Positions 11,289 through 22,209 of a DNA stretch of 64,000 nucleotides are shown piece after piece (position 1 is the first letter of the stretch; each line of letters starts with the position of its first letter). Under the pieces are notes generated by a model. The model had not been told where the DNA came from and ran no database searches. It saw nothing but the letters and a program-made list of their open reading frames with translations. A program made the translations under genes and the position numbers. The stretch lies in assembly GCA_011170285.1 (NCBI GenBank), contig DUEE01000002.1:64253-128252 (forward strand), in the 5' to 3' direction. The stretch comes from Dehalococcoidia bacterium (lineage in GTDB: Bacteria; Chloroflexota; Dehalococcoidia; Dehalococcoidales; W498).

Positions 11289-13052
11289 ATGAGCGTTATA
11301 GACGAGGTAAAACAAAGAACAGATATTGTAGAGGTTGTTAGCCAGTACACCACTTTAACTAAAGCTGGACGCACCTTCAGGGCTCTATGCCCATTTCATA
11401 GTGAGAAACATCCTTCCTTCTTTGTCTATCCTGAGCAGCAGAGCTGGCATTGTTTTGGTGCCTGTAATACCGGCGGTGATATCTTTTCCTTTATTATGAA
11501 AAAAGAGAGCATTGACTTTGGGGATGCCCTGCGCCTTCTTGCCCAAAGGGCAGGGGTTAAAATACCGTCAAGGTTTGAGTCGGAAGCCGGTAAAGATGAG
11601 AAGGAAAGGCTATATCAGGTTAACCAAGCGGCAGCCCAATACTTCCAAAATTTACTCCTCAACTCTCCGTCTGGAGAAAAGGCAAGAGAATACTTAGCCA
11701 AGCGGGGTCTGTCACAAAAAACCATCATTGACTTTCAATTGGGCTTTAGCCCCAATAGCTGGAATAATCTAAAGCAGTATCTAATAGAGAGAGGCTATGT
11801 CCAGAGTGAACTGCTGACCGCTGGCTTAGTAATAGAGGCAAAGGGTGAAGAAACTCACGACCGTTTTCGGAATAAGTTGATGTTTCCCATATTTGATATA
11901 AGGGGACGGATTACCGGTTTTGGGGCAAGGGTTCTTGATGATTCCTTACCCAAATACCTCAACTCGCCACAGACGCTAATCTTCGATAAGAGTGGTAGCC
12001 TGTATGGCATAAACCTTGCCCAGGCGGCTATCAAGCAGCAAGACCTGGCAGTTATTGTTGAAGGCTATATGGATGTTATCACTGCTCACCAGAATGGTTT
12101 CAACAATGTAGTTGCCTCTATGGGAACCTCAGTTACCCCCAAGCAAGTCAGTGCTTTAAAGAAGCTAACCAAGAATATGGCTCTAGCCCTTGATGCCGAT
12201 GCTGCCGGAGAGGAAGCAATGCTACGGGGTGTTAGTTATGAAAATACCCTTGATGCTGAGGTAATGGTTATCATCCTGCCCAGAGGTAAAGACCCTGACG
12301 ATATTATTAAACAAGATGCAAAAATTTGGCGGCACTTATTAGAAGAATCTTTACCTGTAGTTGACTACACCTTCAATATGGTTATCTCTAATCTTGACCT
12401 GACTACAGCTAAGGATAAGGCTGTAGCCGCAGACAAGCTTCTGCCTATCATCGCTGAAATAAAAGAACCTGTGCGCCAAGCTCACTACCTGCAAAAACTC
12501 GCTCGTCTGGTCAAGGTTAGTGAGAGAAGTATTGAAGTTGCTCTAAGCAGAGTTAAACCCAGCCAAGGTAGACCCAAGACCAAAGAGTCTGCTACTCTGT
12601 ATCCACTTTTAACCAACCGCCTTGAGGAATATTGCCTTGCCCTGCTGTTACAGCATCCAGAGCTTAAACAAAGCTACCAGGGTCCTTCACCCGAATATTT
12701 CCAAAATACTGAAAACCGTGAAATCTTTATTACCTGGCAGCAAGTTAATGACCTACCATCCCTTATGGAGGAACTTGATCCTGCAATTCGGGAGAATCTT
12801 CATTCTCTAATAGCTAAGAACTTACCCTCTAATCAAATAGAGCAAAAATATGCTAATTGTGCCCTCCGTCTGCGAGAGGAATTCCTCAGAAGTTTGGAGA
12901 TAAAAAGAGGGGAGGTATTAGCTTTAGTCGCTGAGGCAGGTGGTATTGATGCCGAACTGGCTAAGCTTCAGGAGCAAGGGATAGAAGTCAGTATTCAACT
13001 GGGAGAAGTTTTTATTCAAAAAGCCAGAAGAGGTCAGCATCAAAGGAGGTAA
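11289..13052 (+). CDS. dnaG: DNA primase
   Basis: 587 aa with the zinc finger CPFHSEKHPSF..WHCFGC and a TOPRIM domain (EGYMDVI, DADAAG). Confidence 0.95.
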   Translation: MSVIDEVKQRTDIVEVVSQYTTLTKAGRTFRALCPFHSEKHPSFFVYPEQQSWHCFGACNTGGDIFSFIMKKESIDFGDALRLLAQRAGVKIPSRFESEAGKDEKERLYQVNQAAAQYFQNLLLNSPSGEKAREYLAKRGLSQKTIIDFQLGFSPNSWNNLKQYLIERGYVQSELLTAGLVIEAKGEETHDRFRNKLMFPIFDIRGRITGFGARVLDDSLPKYLNSPQTLIFDKSGSLYGINLAQAAIKQQDLAVIVEGYMDVITAHQNGFNNVVASMGTSVTPKQVSALKKLTKNMALALDADAAGEEAMLRGVSYENTLDAEVMVIILPRGKDPDDIIKQDAKIWRHLLEESLPVVDYTFNMVISNLDLTTAKDKAVAADKLLPIIAEIKEPVRQAHYLQKLARLVKVSERSIEVALSRVKPSQGRPKTKESATLYPLLTNRLEEYCLALLLQHPELKQSYQGPSPEYFQNTENREIFITWQQVNDLPSLMEELDPAIRENLHSLIAKNLPSNQIEQKYANCALRLREEFLRSLEIKRGEVLALVAEAGGIDAELAKLQEQGIEVSIQLGEVFIQKARRGQHQRR

Positions 13053-13061
13053 GATATAGAT

Positions 13062-14609
13062 TTGGAAAGCAATAGGAACCCGGCACAGTTCCCACCCCGA
13101 AATAGGGATGAGGAGCTGCCTCCAGATGAAACGCCGAATACCGAGTCTGAATCAGAAGGGCCAAATGCCTTACATGCCCCCTCTCCTGAACCTGAGGTGG
13201 AAATAGAGGCTGAAGACACAACTGAGCCAAAGGAACTATGGACTGAGGTTAGATATCTTGAGATTGAGAAACCTGAATCCCGAGCAGATTTGGGTATAGA
13301 AATGCCACTAGAACAACTGGAGGAGCAAGAAGTAGCCGATGACCCGGTTCGTGTTTATCTCCATGAAATTGGTAGAGTGCACCTTCTCACCGCTGAGGGT
13401 GAAAAGGCACTAGCCAAAAAGATGGAAGATGGCAAGCACATCAGTGACATAAAACAAGACTGGCGACAGAAATATGGAAGAAACCCTTCTGCTACCGAAA
13501 TAGTAATTATTATACTCCAAGAGTTAAGTCAGGCTTCTACCATTTTCCGTCTCCTTCAAGAACAGCTTAATTTAACACCCCCAGCTAGCTTTTTAGACAC
13601 CATCTCTGAGGCTAAATTGCGGGATAGCATTAATGGCGAGATAAATCAGCAACTAATCCAGGCTATTGCTAGCCATTTAGATAAGTCCATTCCCAAAACA
13701 GAACAGCTTATTATTAGTCTGTTACTAAATAGCAAATTGTTGCCACAGGAAGTCATTAATGTTATTGGAAATAGCTCTTCTCTAGCTGATATAGAGAGTC
13801 TGGTAACTAATACTGCTTTCATTAATTCCATCCAAGCTTATGAAAATCAACTTAAGATTTACCTAGACAATATTGAGAGTGATGCTGAAAAAGCAGAAGG
13901 ACGCCTCACTGAAGCTAACCTGCGCTTGGTAGTAAGTGTAGCCAAGAAACATATCGGACGAGGCATGTCACTCCTTGATCTCATTCAGGAGGGAAATATT
14001 GGACTCATCAGAGCCGTGGAGAAATTCGATTACCACAAAGGTTATAAATTCAGCACCTACGCTACTTGGTGGATTCGCCAGGCTATTACCCGAGCTATAG
14101 CCGACCAAGCTCGCACTATTCGTATTCCAGTTCATATGGTTGAGACCATTAATAAACTTCTACGAGTAAGTCGCCGTCTAGCCCAAGAATATGGGCGAGA
14201 ACCTACCGCCAAGGAAATCGGTACGGAAATGGATATGCCTCCAGAAAAGGTTAGGGAGATAGGCAAAATATCACAGTTGCCAATATCACTAGAGTCACCT
14301 ATTGGTGAAGATGAAAACAGTCACCTGGGTGACTTTATAGAAGACAATACTGCTTTACCACCAGTTGATGCTGCCTCAAGACAACTCTTGAAGGAGCAAA
14401 TTGATGATGTGCTATACAGCCTTACTCCTCGGGAGCAGCGGGTACTCCAACTTAGATTTGGTCTTGAGGATGGACGAAGCCGGACTCTAGAGGAAGTGGG
14501 GAAGGAATTCGGTGTAACCAGGGAGCGAATTCGCCAAATTGAAGCCAAGGCACTTCGCAAACTACGCCACCCCAGCCGCAGCCGCAAACTAAAGGACTAC
14601 CTAGAGTGA
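13062..14609 (+). CDS. rpoD: Primary RNA polymerase sigma factor
   Basis: 515 aa with region 2 ([19 protein letters not shown]) and region 4.2 ([30 protein letters not shown]). TTG start follows AAGGAGG. Confidence 0.95.
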   Translation: MESNRNPAQFPPRNRDEELPPDETPNTESESEGPNALHAPSPEPEVEIEAEDTTEPKELWTEVRYLEIEKPESRADLGIEMPLEQLEEQEVADDPVRVYLHEIGRVHLLTAEGEKALAKKMEDGKHISDIKQDWRQKYGRNPSATEIVIIILQELSQASTIFRLLQEQLNLTPPASFLDTISEAKLRDSINGEINQQLIQAIASHLDKSIPKTEQLIISLLLNSKLLPQEVINVIGNSSSLADIESLVTNTAFINSIQAYENQLKIYLDNIESDAEKAEGRLTEANLRLVVSVAKKHIGRGMSLLDLIQEGNIGLIRAVEKFDYHKGYKFSTYATWWIRQAITRAIADQARTIRIPVHMVETINKLLRVSRRLAQEYGREPTAKEIGTEMDMPPEKVREIGKISQLPISLESPIGEDENSHLGDFIEDNTALPPVDAASRQLLKEQIDDVLYSLTPREQRVLQLRFGLEDGRSRTLEEVGKEFGVTRERIRQIEAKALRKLRHPSRSRKLKDYLE

Positions 14610-14631
14610 GAACCCTACTCTGATTTCCATC

Positions 14632-15468
14632 ATGGATACATATACTCTTCAGTACAAAGCCAAGATATCCAAAAAACAGGCCATATCCAAGATCAGCGCC
14701 CACGCTATGTTCGGTAACCATGGCAATAGTTTCAGACCTAGTTCAATACAAGAGGTGCAAAAATACTTCCTGCAGAAAGGTGTTAATACTGATGAGCTTG
14801 CTGAGCGTTTTCGCAATCCTCATAATTTCGTTCCTGACTTTGAAAATCTTATAAGATCAACATGGCATACAAGCGGCGGTGTGGGTGTGAGCCTGGTTGA
14901 TAGTGACGGAGAAGTAATTCATGAGATGAAGGAACCTGGATTATTCATCTGGTCCAGCTACGAGGCACACTTTGAAGCAGCTTGTGCTGCAAGAGATAGA
15001 GCGGTAAGCGAAGATTCCTATCCTGCTTTCCAAGAGTGCTTGTCTCAAGGATTTGCAAGTATAGAGGCGTTTTTTAACACGCGAGCGAAATCTTGGAATA
15101 AGCAGAATCCTGAGTATAAACTCGTTGACTCAGGAACCCAGAAGGTGAGTCTTGAAGATAAGATAGACGAATGGGTGCCCAAAATATCTGGCGGTGGAAA
15201 GATAGACAAAACTGGTCAGGTTTGGAACGACTTTAAGACTCTTAAGAAAGTGAGGGACGATAATGCTATCCACCCCAAGTTGCCAGGACATGGCATCTCC
15301 TACAAGGATTTTGCGAACCAAATCAACGCTTTCAGACTTGGAATAGCGCAATTACTCGGCAATATTCATCGCCTGTTAGGCATAGCTGTTCCGGGCGTAA
15401 TAATAAATGTCATTTATATGCCAGATGTTGAAGTTATTAGATTGTCCGATAATGGACACTCTAAGTAG
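14632..15468 (+). CDS. Hypothetical protein with a possible HEPN-like R-x5-H motif
   Basis: 278-aa ORF with no recognised family. Contains LKKVRDDNAIHPK (aa 205-217). No clear SD precedes the ATG. Confidence 0.5.
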   Translation: MDTYTLQYKAKISKKQAISKISAHAMFGNHGNSFRPSSIQEVQKYFLQKGVNTDELAERFRNPHNFVPDFENLIRSTWHTSGGVGVSLVDSDGEVIHEMKEPGLFIWSSYEAHFEAACAARDRAVSEDSYPAFQECLSQGFASIEAFFNTRAKSWNKQNPEYKLVDSGTQKVSLEDKIDEWVPKISGGGKIDKTGQVWNDFKTLKKVRDDNAIHPKLPGHGISYKDFANQINAFRLGIAQLLGNIHRLLGIAVPGVIINVIYMPDVEVIRLSDNGHSK

Positions 15469-15520
15469 CTGAGTTGCCTTTGTCAAGAGCTTATTAGAAA
15501 AATGCCAGAAGCGGTGTCTA

Positions 15521-15543
15521 AGAGGGGCGTAGCCCCTCTTTTT
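15521..15543 (+). terminator. Candidate rho-independent terminator (also the hairpin part of repeat B copy 2)
   Basis: AGAGGGGCgtaGCCCCTCT followed by TTTTTAT, about 50 nt after the 14632-15468 stop. Confidence 0.55.
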
Positions 15544-15549
15544 ATTATT

Positions 15550-15595
15550 CTTCCCCCTCTACTTTGAAGGAGAGGGGATAAAGGGGGTTAGGTAG
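15550..15595 (+). repeat. Repeat 'B' copy 2 core
   Basis: CTTCCCCCTCTACTTTGAAGGAGAGGGGATAAAGGGGGTTAGGTAG, a palindromic CCCTCT/AGAGGG core plus the GGTTAGGTAG tail. Confidence 0.7.
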
Positions 15596-15655
15596 ACCCC
15601 GAAACAAGCCATTTCGGTGTAGATAAATAATCCCCTTATTATGCTAAAATAAGCT

Positions 15656-15777
15656 GTCATTCTGAATGTAACGAAGTGGAATGAAGAATCTGGATTCTTC
15701 GCGGAGTTTACCCTGAGCGAGATTCTTCGGTCGCTTTGCTCCCTCAGAATGACAAGAAGCGAAGGGCTCAGAATGAC
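15656..15777. repeat. MITE/REP-like nested palindrome (GTCATTCTGA...TCAGAATGAC variant of family 'A')
   Basis: GTCATTCTGAA...GAAGAATCTGGATTCTTC...GAGATTCTTCGG...CTCAGAATGAC...CTCAGAATGAC. The 77-aa ORF here (15559-15792) is only its translation. Confidence 0.7.
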
Positions 15778-15843
15778 ACAGGAGATAGACATTATTTCTA
15801 TTACTAAAAAGTGGGCAAGTATACTATCTGAGGAGATTTACCA

Positions 15844-18414
15844 ATGATTCCGGTCAAGTTAGCATTGCGCAATTTTATGTGCTACCGGGATAATGTGCCT
15901 CCACTCTCTTTTGAAGGTATCCACACCGCCTGCATCAGCGGCGATAATGGCAATGGTAAATCGGCTCTGATTGATGCCATAACCTGGGCACTATGGGGAC
16001 GAAGCAGAGCCAGGAGTGATGATGACCTCATGCACTCAAGTCAGAATGAAATGGAGGTAGAACTCGACTTTACCGTAAGTCAACAAACATATCGTGTCAT
16101 ACGTAAGCACTCTAAACTTAAACGGCGAGGGCGTTCAGGACAAACTATCCTAGAATTTCAGATAGCTATTGAAGATGGCTTTAAGTCAATCACAGGTAAT
16201 AGTATGACCCAGACACAGCATAAAATTATCAATGTTTTACATATGGACTACCATACTTTCATTAACAGTGCTTTCCTGCTACAGGGTCATGCTGATGAGT
16301 TCACTGTCAAGCGTCCAACCGAGCGCAAGCAAGTTCTAGCTGATATTCTCGGTCTTGACATCTATGACGAACTTGAGGGGCAGGCTAAGGAACTGGCTAA
16401 TCAGCACCAAACGCAAAAGGCACAACTTCAGAGTGCTCTCAAAGATATTAGTGATGAACTAGTCCAAAAGCCAGCCTATGAAGCTGAGTTTGAACAAGCA
16501 CAGAGTGAACTATCTCACATAGAGAAGGTAACAAAGGAGAAAGAAGCCAGACTTAATAACCTCCGTCAGGAAAAGGAATCCCTGGAAAATAAGAGGCGGC
16601 AATTAATTGAGCTAGAGGAGCGCTTAACAAAAATAGTGAGAGACCTGGAGCGCTGGGACGACCAACTTAAACAACATCATTCTAAGCTTAAAGAATATGA
16701 AGAGATAATAGCCCAGCGTTCCACTATAGACAAAGGCTATGCTCAGTTTATTGAAGCTAAAGAATCGTGTGATGAGCTTAACCAAAAATTAGGGATGCTG
16801 GTCAAACTAAATGAACGCAAAGGTCAACTAGAGAAGAGTATTGAACATGCAGGAGCAGCCCTACTCACTAACCATGCCGTAGCTCAAAGCAGAATCACAG
16901 AACTAGAAATCAAGTCACAAAAGCTACTCGAGCTTAAAAATGACTTACAGCAAATACAGATTCAACTAAACCGATTAGCTGAAGAAGATGAAATACTAAA
17001 CAGGAAAAGACAAAAAAACCAAGAACTCCGAATCCAAGTTCACTATCTGGAATCTACTCAAACTCAGATAGAACAGGAAATAGAGGCGATAGAAGACAAG
17101 CTCAACCTCCTGTTAATCCAGAGTGATGCTAAATGCCCATTATGCGAGACAGAGTTGGGCATAGAAGGACGACAGCAAATTGAAACAAAATATGCTACCG
17201 ATAAGCAGTGCAAATTTGACTCCCTAAAGTCAAATCAAGGCGAGCTATCTCACAACAAAGCGGAGCTTGGGGTAATGGAAAGTGAGGTATTCCAGCTAGA
17301 AGCAAGGCTTAATCTGGATAGAGCTTCAGCACAGAGCAAAGCCAGCGTCCTCAGCCAACAGATTGCCGAAGCCGAAGAGGCGGCTAACCATCTAAAAGAG
17401 GAAAGAAAAACATTGGCTGAGATTGAACAGTACCTGTCTAGGAAGGATTTTGCTATTGCCGAGCAAGAGGCACTAAGGGAGCTTGAAGGGGAGATGGCTA
17501 AACTTGACTATGATTCACAGCAGCACGAACATGCTCGACAGTGCCTGGTTGAGCTAGAACAGTATGAAGGTTCAAAGCGAAAGTTAGAAGAAGCCGACAG
17601 GCTCATTATTCAGGAAAAAGAGGCTACTTCTAGAGCTGAAGAAGCCATTCAAGAACTGCACTACAATCTGGAGACTGATAATCAAAAAAGTCAAGACCTG
17701 AACCGGAAACTCCATTTACTGCCCCAACTACTTAGTGTCTTAACTCAGGCTGAAACTGACCATGAGGCGTTATCGGCACAACAAAAGCAAGCCCAGCAGG
17801 TAAGTTGGAGTGCAAAGGAAAGACTACAGCACTGCTCTGAGCTGGAGATAAAAAAGAAGGAAAAGGAAAGGCTATTGGCTCAAGCATCAAAGCAGGAGAA
17901 AATCTATAGAGACCTAGCTCAAACCTTCGGCAAAAAGGGTATACAGGCTTGGCTTATTGAAATGGCACTCCCCGAGATTGAAGCTGAAGCCAATAGGCTG
18001 CTAAGCAGGATGACTGATAATAGAATGCATGTAAAAATTGAAACACAGCGGGAAACAAAGAAGGGAGATTTACTAGAAACCCTAGATATCAATATCTCTG
18101 ACGAGCTAGGAACGCGAAAATATGAAATGTTTAGTGGTGGTGAAGCCTTCCGCATTAACTTTGCCATCCGTATTTCCCTATCCAAGCTATTAGCTAGGCG
18201 CGCCGGGGCCCCACTACCAACTTTATTCATTGATGAGGGCTTTGGTACCCAAGATAGTTTCGGAATAGAGAAACTTAAAGAGGCGATAAACTCTATTCAA
18301 GATGACTTTGACAAGATACTGGTTATCACCCACATTGAGGAGTTTAGAGATGCTTTTCCCACTCGTATTGATGTTATCAAAACCGCCGAAGGCTCAACGG
18401 TTGAAGTTAGCTAA
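15844..18414 (+). CDS. sbcC: SbcC/Rad50-family SMC-like ATPase
   Basis: 856 aa with Walker A GDNGNGKS, a long coiled coil with a central CPLC zinc hook, the signature FSGGEAFRINFAIRISL and the D-loop LFIDEGFGTQD. Confidence 0.85.
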   Translation: MIPVKLALRNFMCYRDNVPPLSFEGIHTACISGDNGNGKSALIDAITWALWGRSRARSDDDLMHSSQNEMEVELDFTVSQQTYRVIRKHSKLKRRGRSGQTILEFQIAIEDGFKSITGNSMTQTQHKIINVLHMDYHTFINSAFLLQGHADEFTVKRPTERKQVLADILGLDIYDELEGQAKELANQHQTQKAQLQSALKDISDELVQKPAYEAEFEQAQSELSHIEKVTKEKEARLNNLRQEKESLENKRRQLIELEERLTKIVRDLERWDDQLKQHHSKLKEYEEIIAQRSTIDKGYAQFIEAKESCDELNQKLGMLVKLNERKGQLEKSIEHAGAALLTNHAVAQSRITELEIKSQKLLELKNDLQQIQIQLNRLAEEDEILNRKRQKNQELRIQVHYLESTQTQIEQEIEAIEDKLNLLLIQSDAKCPLCETELGIEGRQQIETKYATDKQCKFDSLKSNQGELSHNKAELGVMESEVFQLEARLNLDRASAQSKASVLSQQIAEAEEAANHLKEERKTLAEIEQYLSRKDFAIAEQEALRELEGEMAKLDYDSQQHEHARQCLVELEQYEGSKRKLEEADRLIIQEKEATSRAEEAIQELHYNLETDNQKSQDLNRKLHLLPQLLSVLTQAETDHEALSAQQKQAQQVSWSAKERLQHCSELEIKKKEKERLLAQASKQEKIYRDLAQTFGKKGIQAWLIEMALPEIEAEANRLLSRMTDNRMHVKIETQRETKKGDLLETLDINISDELGTRKYEMFSGGEAFRINFAIRISLSKLLARRAGAPLPTLFIDEGFGTQDSFGIEKLKEAINSIQDDFDKILVITHIEEFRDAFPTRIDVIKTAEGSTVEVS

Positions 18415-18415
18415 T

Positions 18416-18967
18416 TCATAGACCGAGAGCGGCGTCAATCTCTTGCATTGCCACTAATCCCAACTCGATAAACTCACCAACCTCAAGTCCAATTTCACTA
18501 CACAGGGAGATTTGCTCCCTACTGACCCCGGCGGCAAAGCTCTTTTGCTTGATTTTTTTGATTACTGAACTAGCCTCAAGACCTGCCAATTTCTTATCAG
18601 GGCGAACCAAGGCAGCAGCAGTAATTAAACCAGTTAGTGGATCAGCACAAAATAGAGCCTTGTCCAGCTTCGTCTCCCGGGAAATACCATGCCTGTCATT
18701 ATGGCATAAAATAGCATGAGCCATAGCTTCACTAGCTCCCAGATCCCTAGCCAAGTCCGCTCCCAGCTTACTATGTATGTTCATATCTCCCTCGGTAAGT
18801 TCCATATCGATATCATGCAATAGCCCGGTAAGCCCCCACTCCTCCTCATCCTCACCAAGGCGCCTGGCTAGAGCCCGCATAATGGCTTCAGTAGCTAGCA
18901 TGTGCTTTATCAGATTTTCATTCTCTATATTAGCTTTAATAGAGTCAAGCGCTTCTTTTCGGTTCAT
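18416..18967 (-). CDS. HD-domain metal-dependent phosphohydrolase
   Basis: 183 aa with H...LLHDID and later His residues. Confidence 0.8.
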   Translation of the reverse strand: MNRKEALDSIKANIENENLIKHMLATEAIMRALARRLGEDEEEWGLTGLLHDIDMELTEGDMNIHSKLGADLARDLGASEAMAHAILCHNDRHGISRETKLDKALFCADPLTGLITAAALVRPDKKLAGLEASSVIKKIKQKSFAAGVSREQISLCSEIGLEVGEFIELGLVAMQEIDAALGL

Positions 18968-18998
18968 TTTCTTCTCCTTTACGGATGAACACAGACGG

Positions 18999-21851
18999 TC
19001 AACCAGTCAAAGCATACTCCATATCTTTATCTTTTTGCAACACCCTGCCTAAATACTGACCAGTTGCTGAAGACCTCTTCCTAGCTACTTCCTCAGGTAT
19101 GCCTGTGGCTACAATATAGCCACCGTGTTCACCAGCTCCTGGTCCAAGGTCAATAATCCAGTCAGCATTCTTTATAACATCCAGGTGGTGCTCTATAACA
19201 ATCACCGTATTGCCAGCATCAACCAGACGCTGTAGCACCCGCAGTAGTGCCGCTACATCATCAAAGGAGAGACCGGTAGTCGGTTCATCAAGAATATATA
19301 ATGTCCTGCCTGTAGACCGCCGTGACAGCTCAGTAGCCAGCTTTACCCTCTGCGCTTCTCCCCCGGAAAGGGTAGGTGCCGGCTGACCTAAACGAATGTA
19401 GCCAAGCCCCACATCTCGCAATGTTTCCAGCCTACCTCTTACCCTGGGGAAATGCTCAAAGAAAACCAGAGCTTGCTCCACAGTCATATCTAATACCTCA
19501 GCTATATTCTTGCCCTTAAATCTAATCTCAAGTGCCTCACGATTATAGCGCTTCCCCTTGCACACCTCACAGGCAACGGTTACATCAGGCAAGAATTGCA
19601 TCTCAATCTGAATAAATCCCTCACCACGACAGGCTTCACAACGCCCTCCCTTAACATTAAACGAGAACCGACCTGGAGCGTAACCTCTCATTTTAGCTTC
19701 AGGAACAGTAGCTAAAAGCTCACGAATAGGGGTAAAGGTGCCAGTGTAGGTGGCTGGATTACTGCGAGGAGTGCGCCCAATGGGTGACTGGTCAATATTG
19801 ATTACCTTATCTATATACTCCACACCAATGATGCCATCACAGTCGCCAGGTCTCTCCCGTGACCGATTGAATATTTTTGCCAGTTTCTTATACATAATCT
19901 CATCGATAAGGGTGCTCTTACCACTACCGGAAACGCCGGTAATACAAACAAACTTACCCAGAGGAATATGTACATTTATGTCCTTCAGGTTGTTCTGTCT
20001 AGCCCCCTTTATTATTATCTCCTCGCCTGAGCCAGGGCGGCGCTTCTGTGGTAAAGGAATCTGCTTCACTCCACTAAGATACTGACCTGTTATCGACTCC
20101 TGGCAATTAACAATGTCAGTCAGAGCCCCAGTGGTGACAATCCAGCCGCCATGCTCCCCAGCTCCGGGACCCATATCAATAATGTGGTCAGCAGCCCGCA
20201 TCATGGCTTCATCATGCTCTACTACAAGTATGGTGTTCCCCAAATCCCTAAGCCTCTTCAGCGTCTCAATCAAACGAAAGTCATCGGCGGCGTGCAAACC
20301 CACTGTCGGCTCGTCACAAATATAAAGCACTCCCATAAGCCCACTGCCAATCTGGGTCGCCAGGCGAATTCGCTGTGCCTCGCCGCCAGAAAGAGTAGCT
20401 GATGGACGCTCAATGGTAATATAGTCTAGACCAACATCCTTTAGGAATCCTAATCGGGCTTGAATCTCCTTAAGGATTTCTCGGGCTATTACCTGCTCAC
20501 GCTCAGTAAGTATATTGTCACCAATGGTCGCTACCCAGTCCAGGGCTTGGGTTATTGACATTGAACTAATGTCAATAATACTTCTACCAGCAATGGTCAC
20601 CGATAACGACTCTGGTTTAAGCCGCTTGCCCTCACAAACGGGACAAGCTCTGGACATTATGTAGCGCTCAATCTCAGCCCGGGAGTGCTCAGACTCCGTA
20701 TCTCGGTACAGTCGCTCCATACGTGTAATCACTCCCTCAAAACCGTCATAGTATTCTCTAATCCGTCCGAAGCGGTTTCGGTATCTCAATGGCTCTCCTC
20801 CCTCCCCATAGAGTATCAGTTCAAGGTGGTCCTCGCTCAGTTCTTTTACTGGGGTATTCAGGGAAAAGCCATAACGGCGAGCTAAAGACTCCAACTGGTC
20901 GAAGTACCAAGCCGAATACCAACTAGGACGAATCGCTCCTTGAGCTATGGAGAGATCTTTATTGGGAATAACCAACTCAGGGTCTATCTCCAACTTAACC
21001 CCTAATCCCGTGCAGGCAGGGCAGGCACCGTGGGGGCTATTAAAGCTAAATGTTCTCGGCGCAATCTCACCCAGACTAATCCCACAATGGACACAAGCAA
21101 AATGCTCCGAGAACAGTAATTCCTCATCATCAACAATAGACACCAGAACCACTCCCGCTCCAAGTTTAAGGGCAGTTTCTACTGAATCGGCGATGCGGCT
21201 TGAGCTACCGCCTTGCCCAACTAATAATCTATCCACTACCACCTCAATATAGTGCTTCTTGTACTTATCCAGTTGAAACTCCTCGGACAGGTCATAAATT
21301 CGCCCATCAACCCGAACCCTGACATATCCTGCCTTACGCAAATCATCAAACACCGCCTGATACTCACCCTTGCGGTCTCTAATCAACGGTGCCAGAATCA
21401 TGATACGACTACCACTGGGTATATTATGAATAGCATCCACAATCTGCTGCACCGTCTGCATAGAAATCTCTCGTCCACATTTGGGGCAATGAGGGTGACC
21501 ACACCGGGCAAAAAACAGCCTAAGGTAATCATAGACCTCGGTTACAGTACCCACTGTAGACCGCGGGTTCTTACTCGAACCCTTCTGGTCAATTGAGATG
21601 GCTGGGCTCAACCCTTCTATATAATCAACATCTGGCTTTTCCATCCTAGCCAGAAACTGGCGAGCATAAGCCGACAGAGATACCATATAGCGGCGCTGTC
21701 CCTCAGCATAGATGGTATCAAATGCCAGGGAACTCTTGCCTGAGCCAGAGACACCAGTAATAACCACCAGTTTATCACGAGGGATAGTTACATCTATATT
21801 TTTGAGGTTATGCTCCCTAGCCCCTTTAACAAATATGCTATCTAATGGCAT
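18999..21851 (-). CDS. uvrA: Excinuclease ABC subunit A
   Basis: 950 aa with two ABC ATPase halves ([18 protein letters not shown]), zinc modules and LSGGEAQR twice. Confidence 0.97.
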   Translation of the reverse strand: MPLDSIFVKGAREHNLKNIDVTIPRDKLVVITGVSGSGKSSLAFDTIYAEGQRRYMVSLSAYARQFLARMEKPDVDYIEGLSPAISIDQKGSSKNPRSTVGTVTEVYDYLRLFFARCGHPHCPKCGREISMQTVQQIVDAIHNIPSGSRIMILAPLIRDRKGEYQAVFDDLRKAGYVRVRVDGRIYDLSEEFQLDKYKKHYIEVVVDRLLVGQGGSSSRIADSVETALKLGAGVVLVSIVDDEELLFSEHFACVHCGISLGEIAPRTFSFNSPHGACPACTGLGVKLEIDPELVIPNKDLSIAQGAIRPSWYSAWYFDQLESLARRYGFSLNTPVKELSEDHLELILYGEGGEPLRYRNRFGRIREYYDGFEGVITRMERLYRDTESEHSRAEIERYIMSRACPVCEGKRLKPESLSVTIAGRSIIDISSMSITQALDWVATIGDNILTEREQVIAREILKEIQARLGFLKDVGLDYITIERPSATLSGGEAQRIRLATQIGSGLMGVLYICDEPTVGLHAADDFRLIETLKRLRDLGNTILVVEHDEAMMRAADHIIDMGPGAGEHGGWIVTTGALTDIVNCQESITGQYLSGVKQIPLPQKRRPGSGEEIIIKGARQNNLKDINVHIPLGKFVCITGVSGSGKSTLIDEIMYKKLAKIFNRSRERPGDCDGIIGVEYIDKVINIDQSPIGRTPRSNPATYTGTFTPIRELLATVPEAKMRGYAPGRFSFNVKGGRCEACRGEGFIQIEMQFLPDVTVACEVCKGKRYNREALEIRFKGKNIAEVLDMTVEQALVFFEHFPRVRGRLETLRDVGLGYIRLGQPAPTLSGGEAQRVKLATELSRRSTGRTLYILDEPTTGLSFDDVAALLRVLQRLVDAGNTVIVIEHHLDVIKNADWIIDLGPGAGEHGGYIVATGIPEEVARKRSSATGQYLGRVLQKDKDMEYALTG

Positions 21852-22209
21852 GCCTTCCTCCTACTGAATTTAATTGTAGCACTAGACTTAAATGACAACA
21901 AGAGCGCACTTCGTTAATGGTCTGAATCCGCAAATACATCCGGTACGTACAGTAGAACATCTCTATTTTTGGTGTATTGACAGATTATAGAAAAAGGACT
22001 ACATTAAAGACCAAACATATGAACTAACATAAAAAATAGTAAAAATTGGGTGCCTTGGAGAATATGAAGGGATTGAAATAAGGGCACTGGAATCGCCAGG
22101 TAATATGGCGGTGGCCGATGCTCTTTTTATGTTTAAGCAGATTGAAAGATAACCTATATCATATGTGGCATTTATCTGCCTATTCGTAGTTAGGGAAGGA
22201 GTAATAAAA

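Noticed and set aside
11150-11374. 74-aa minus-strand ORF across the dgt-dnaG intergenic region
   Set aside because: It spans repeat B copy 1 and the dnaG 5' end, so it is a repeat translation artefact.
15559-15792. 77-aa minus-strand ORF
   Set aside because: It lies entirely within repeat families A and B, and its composition reflects the palindromes.
21852-21990. Search for a LexA (GAAC-N4-GTTC type) SOS box upstream of uvrA
   Set aside because: Only partial matches were found (for example GTACAGTAGAAC), and there is no proper palindrome.
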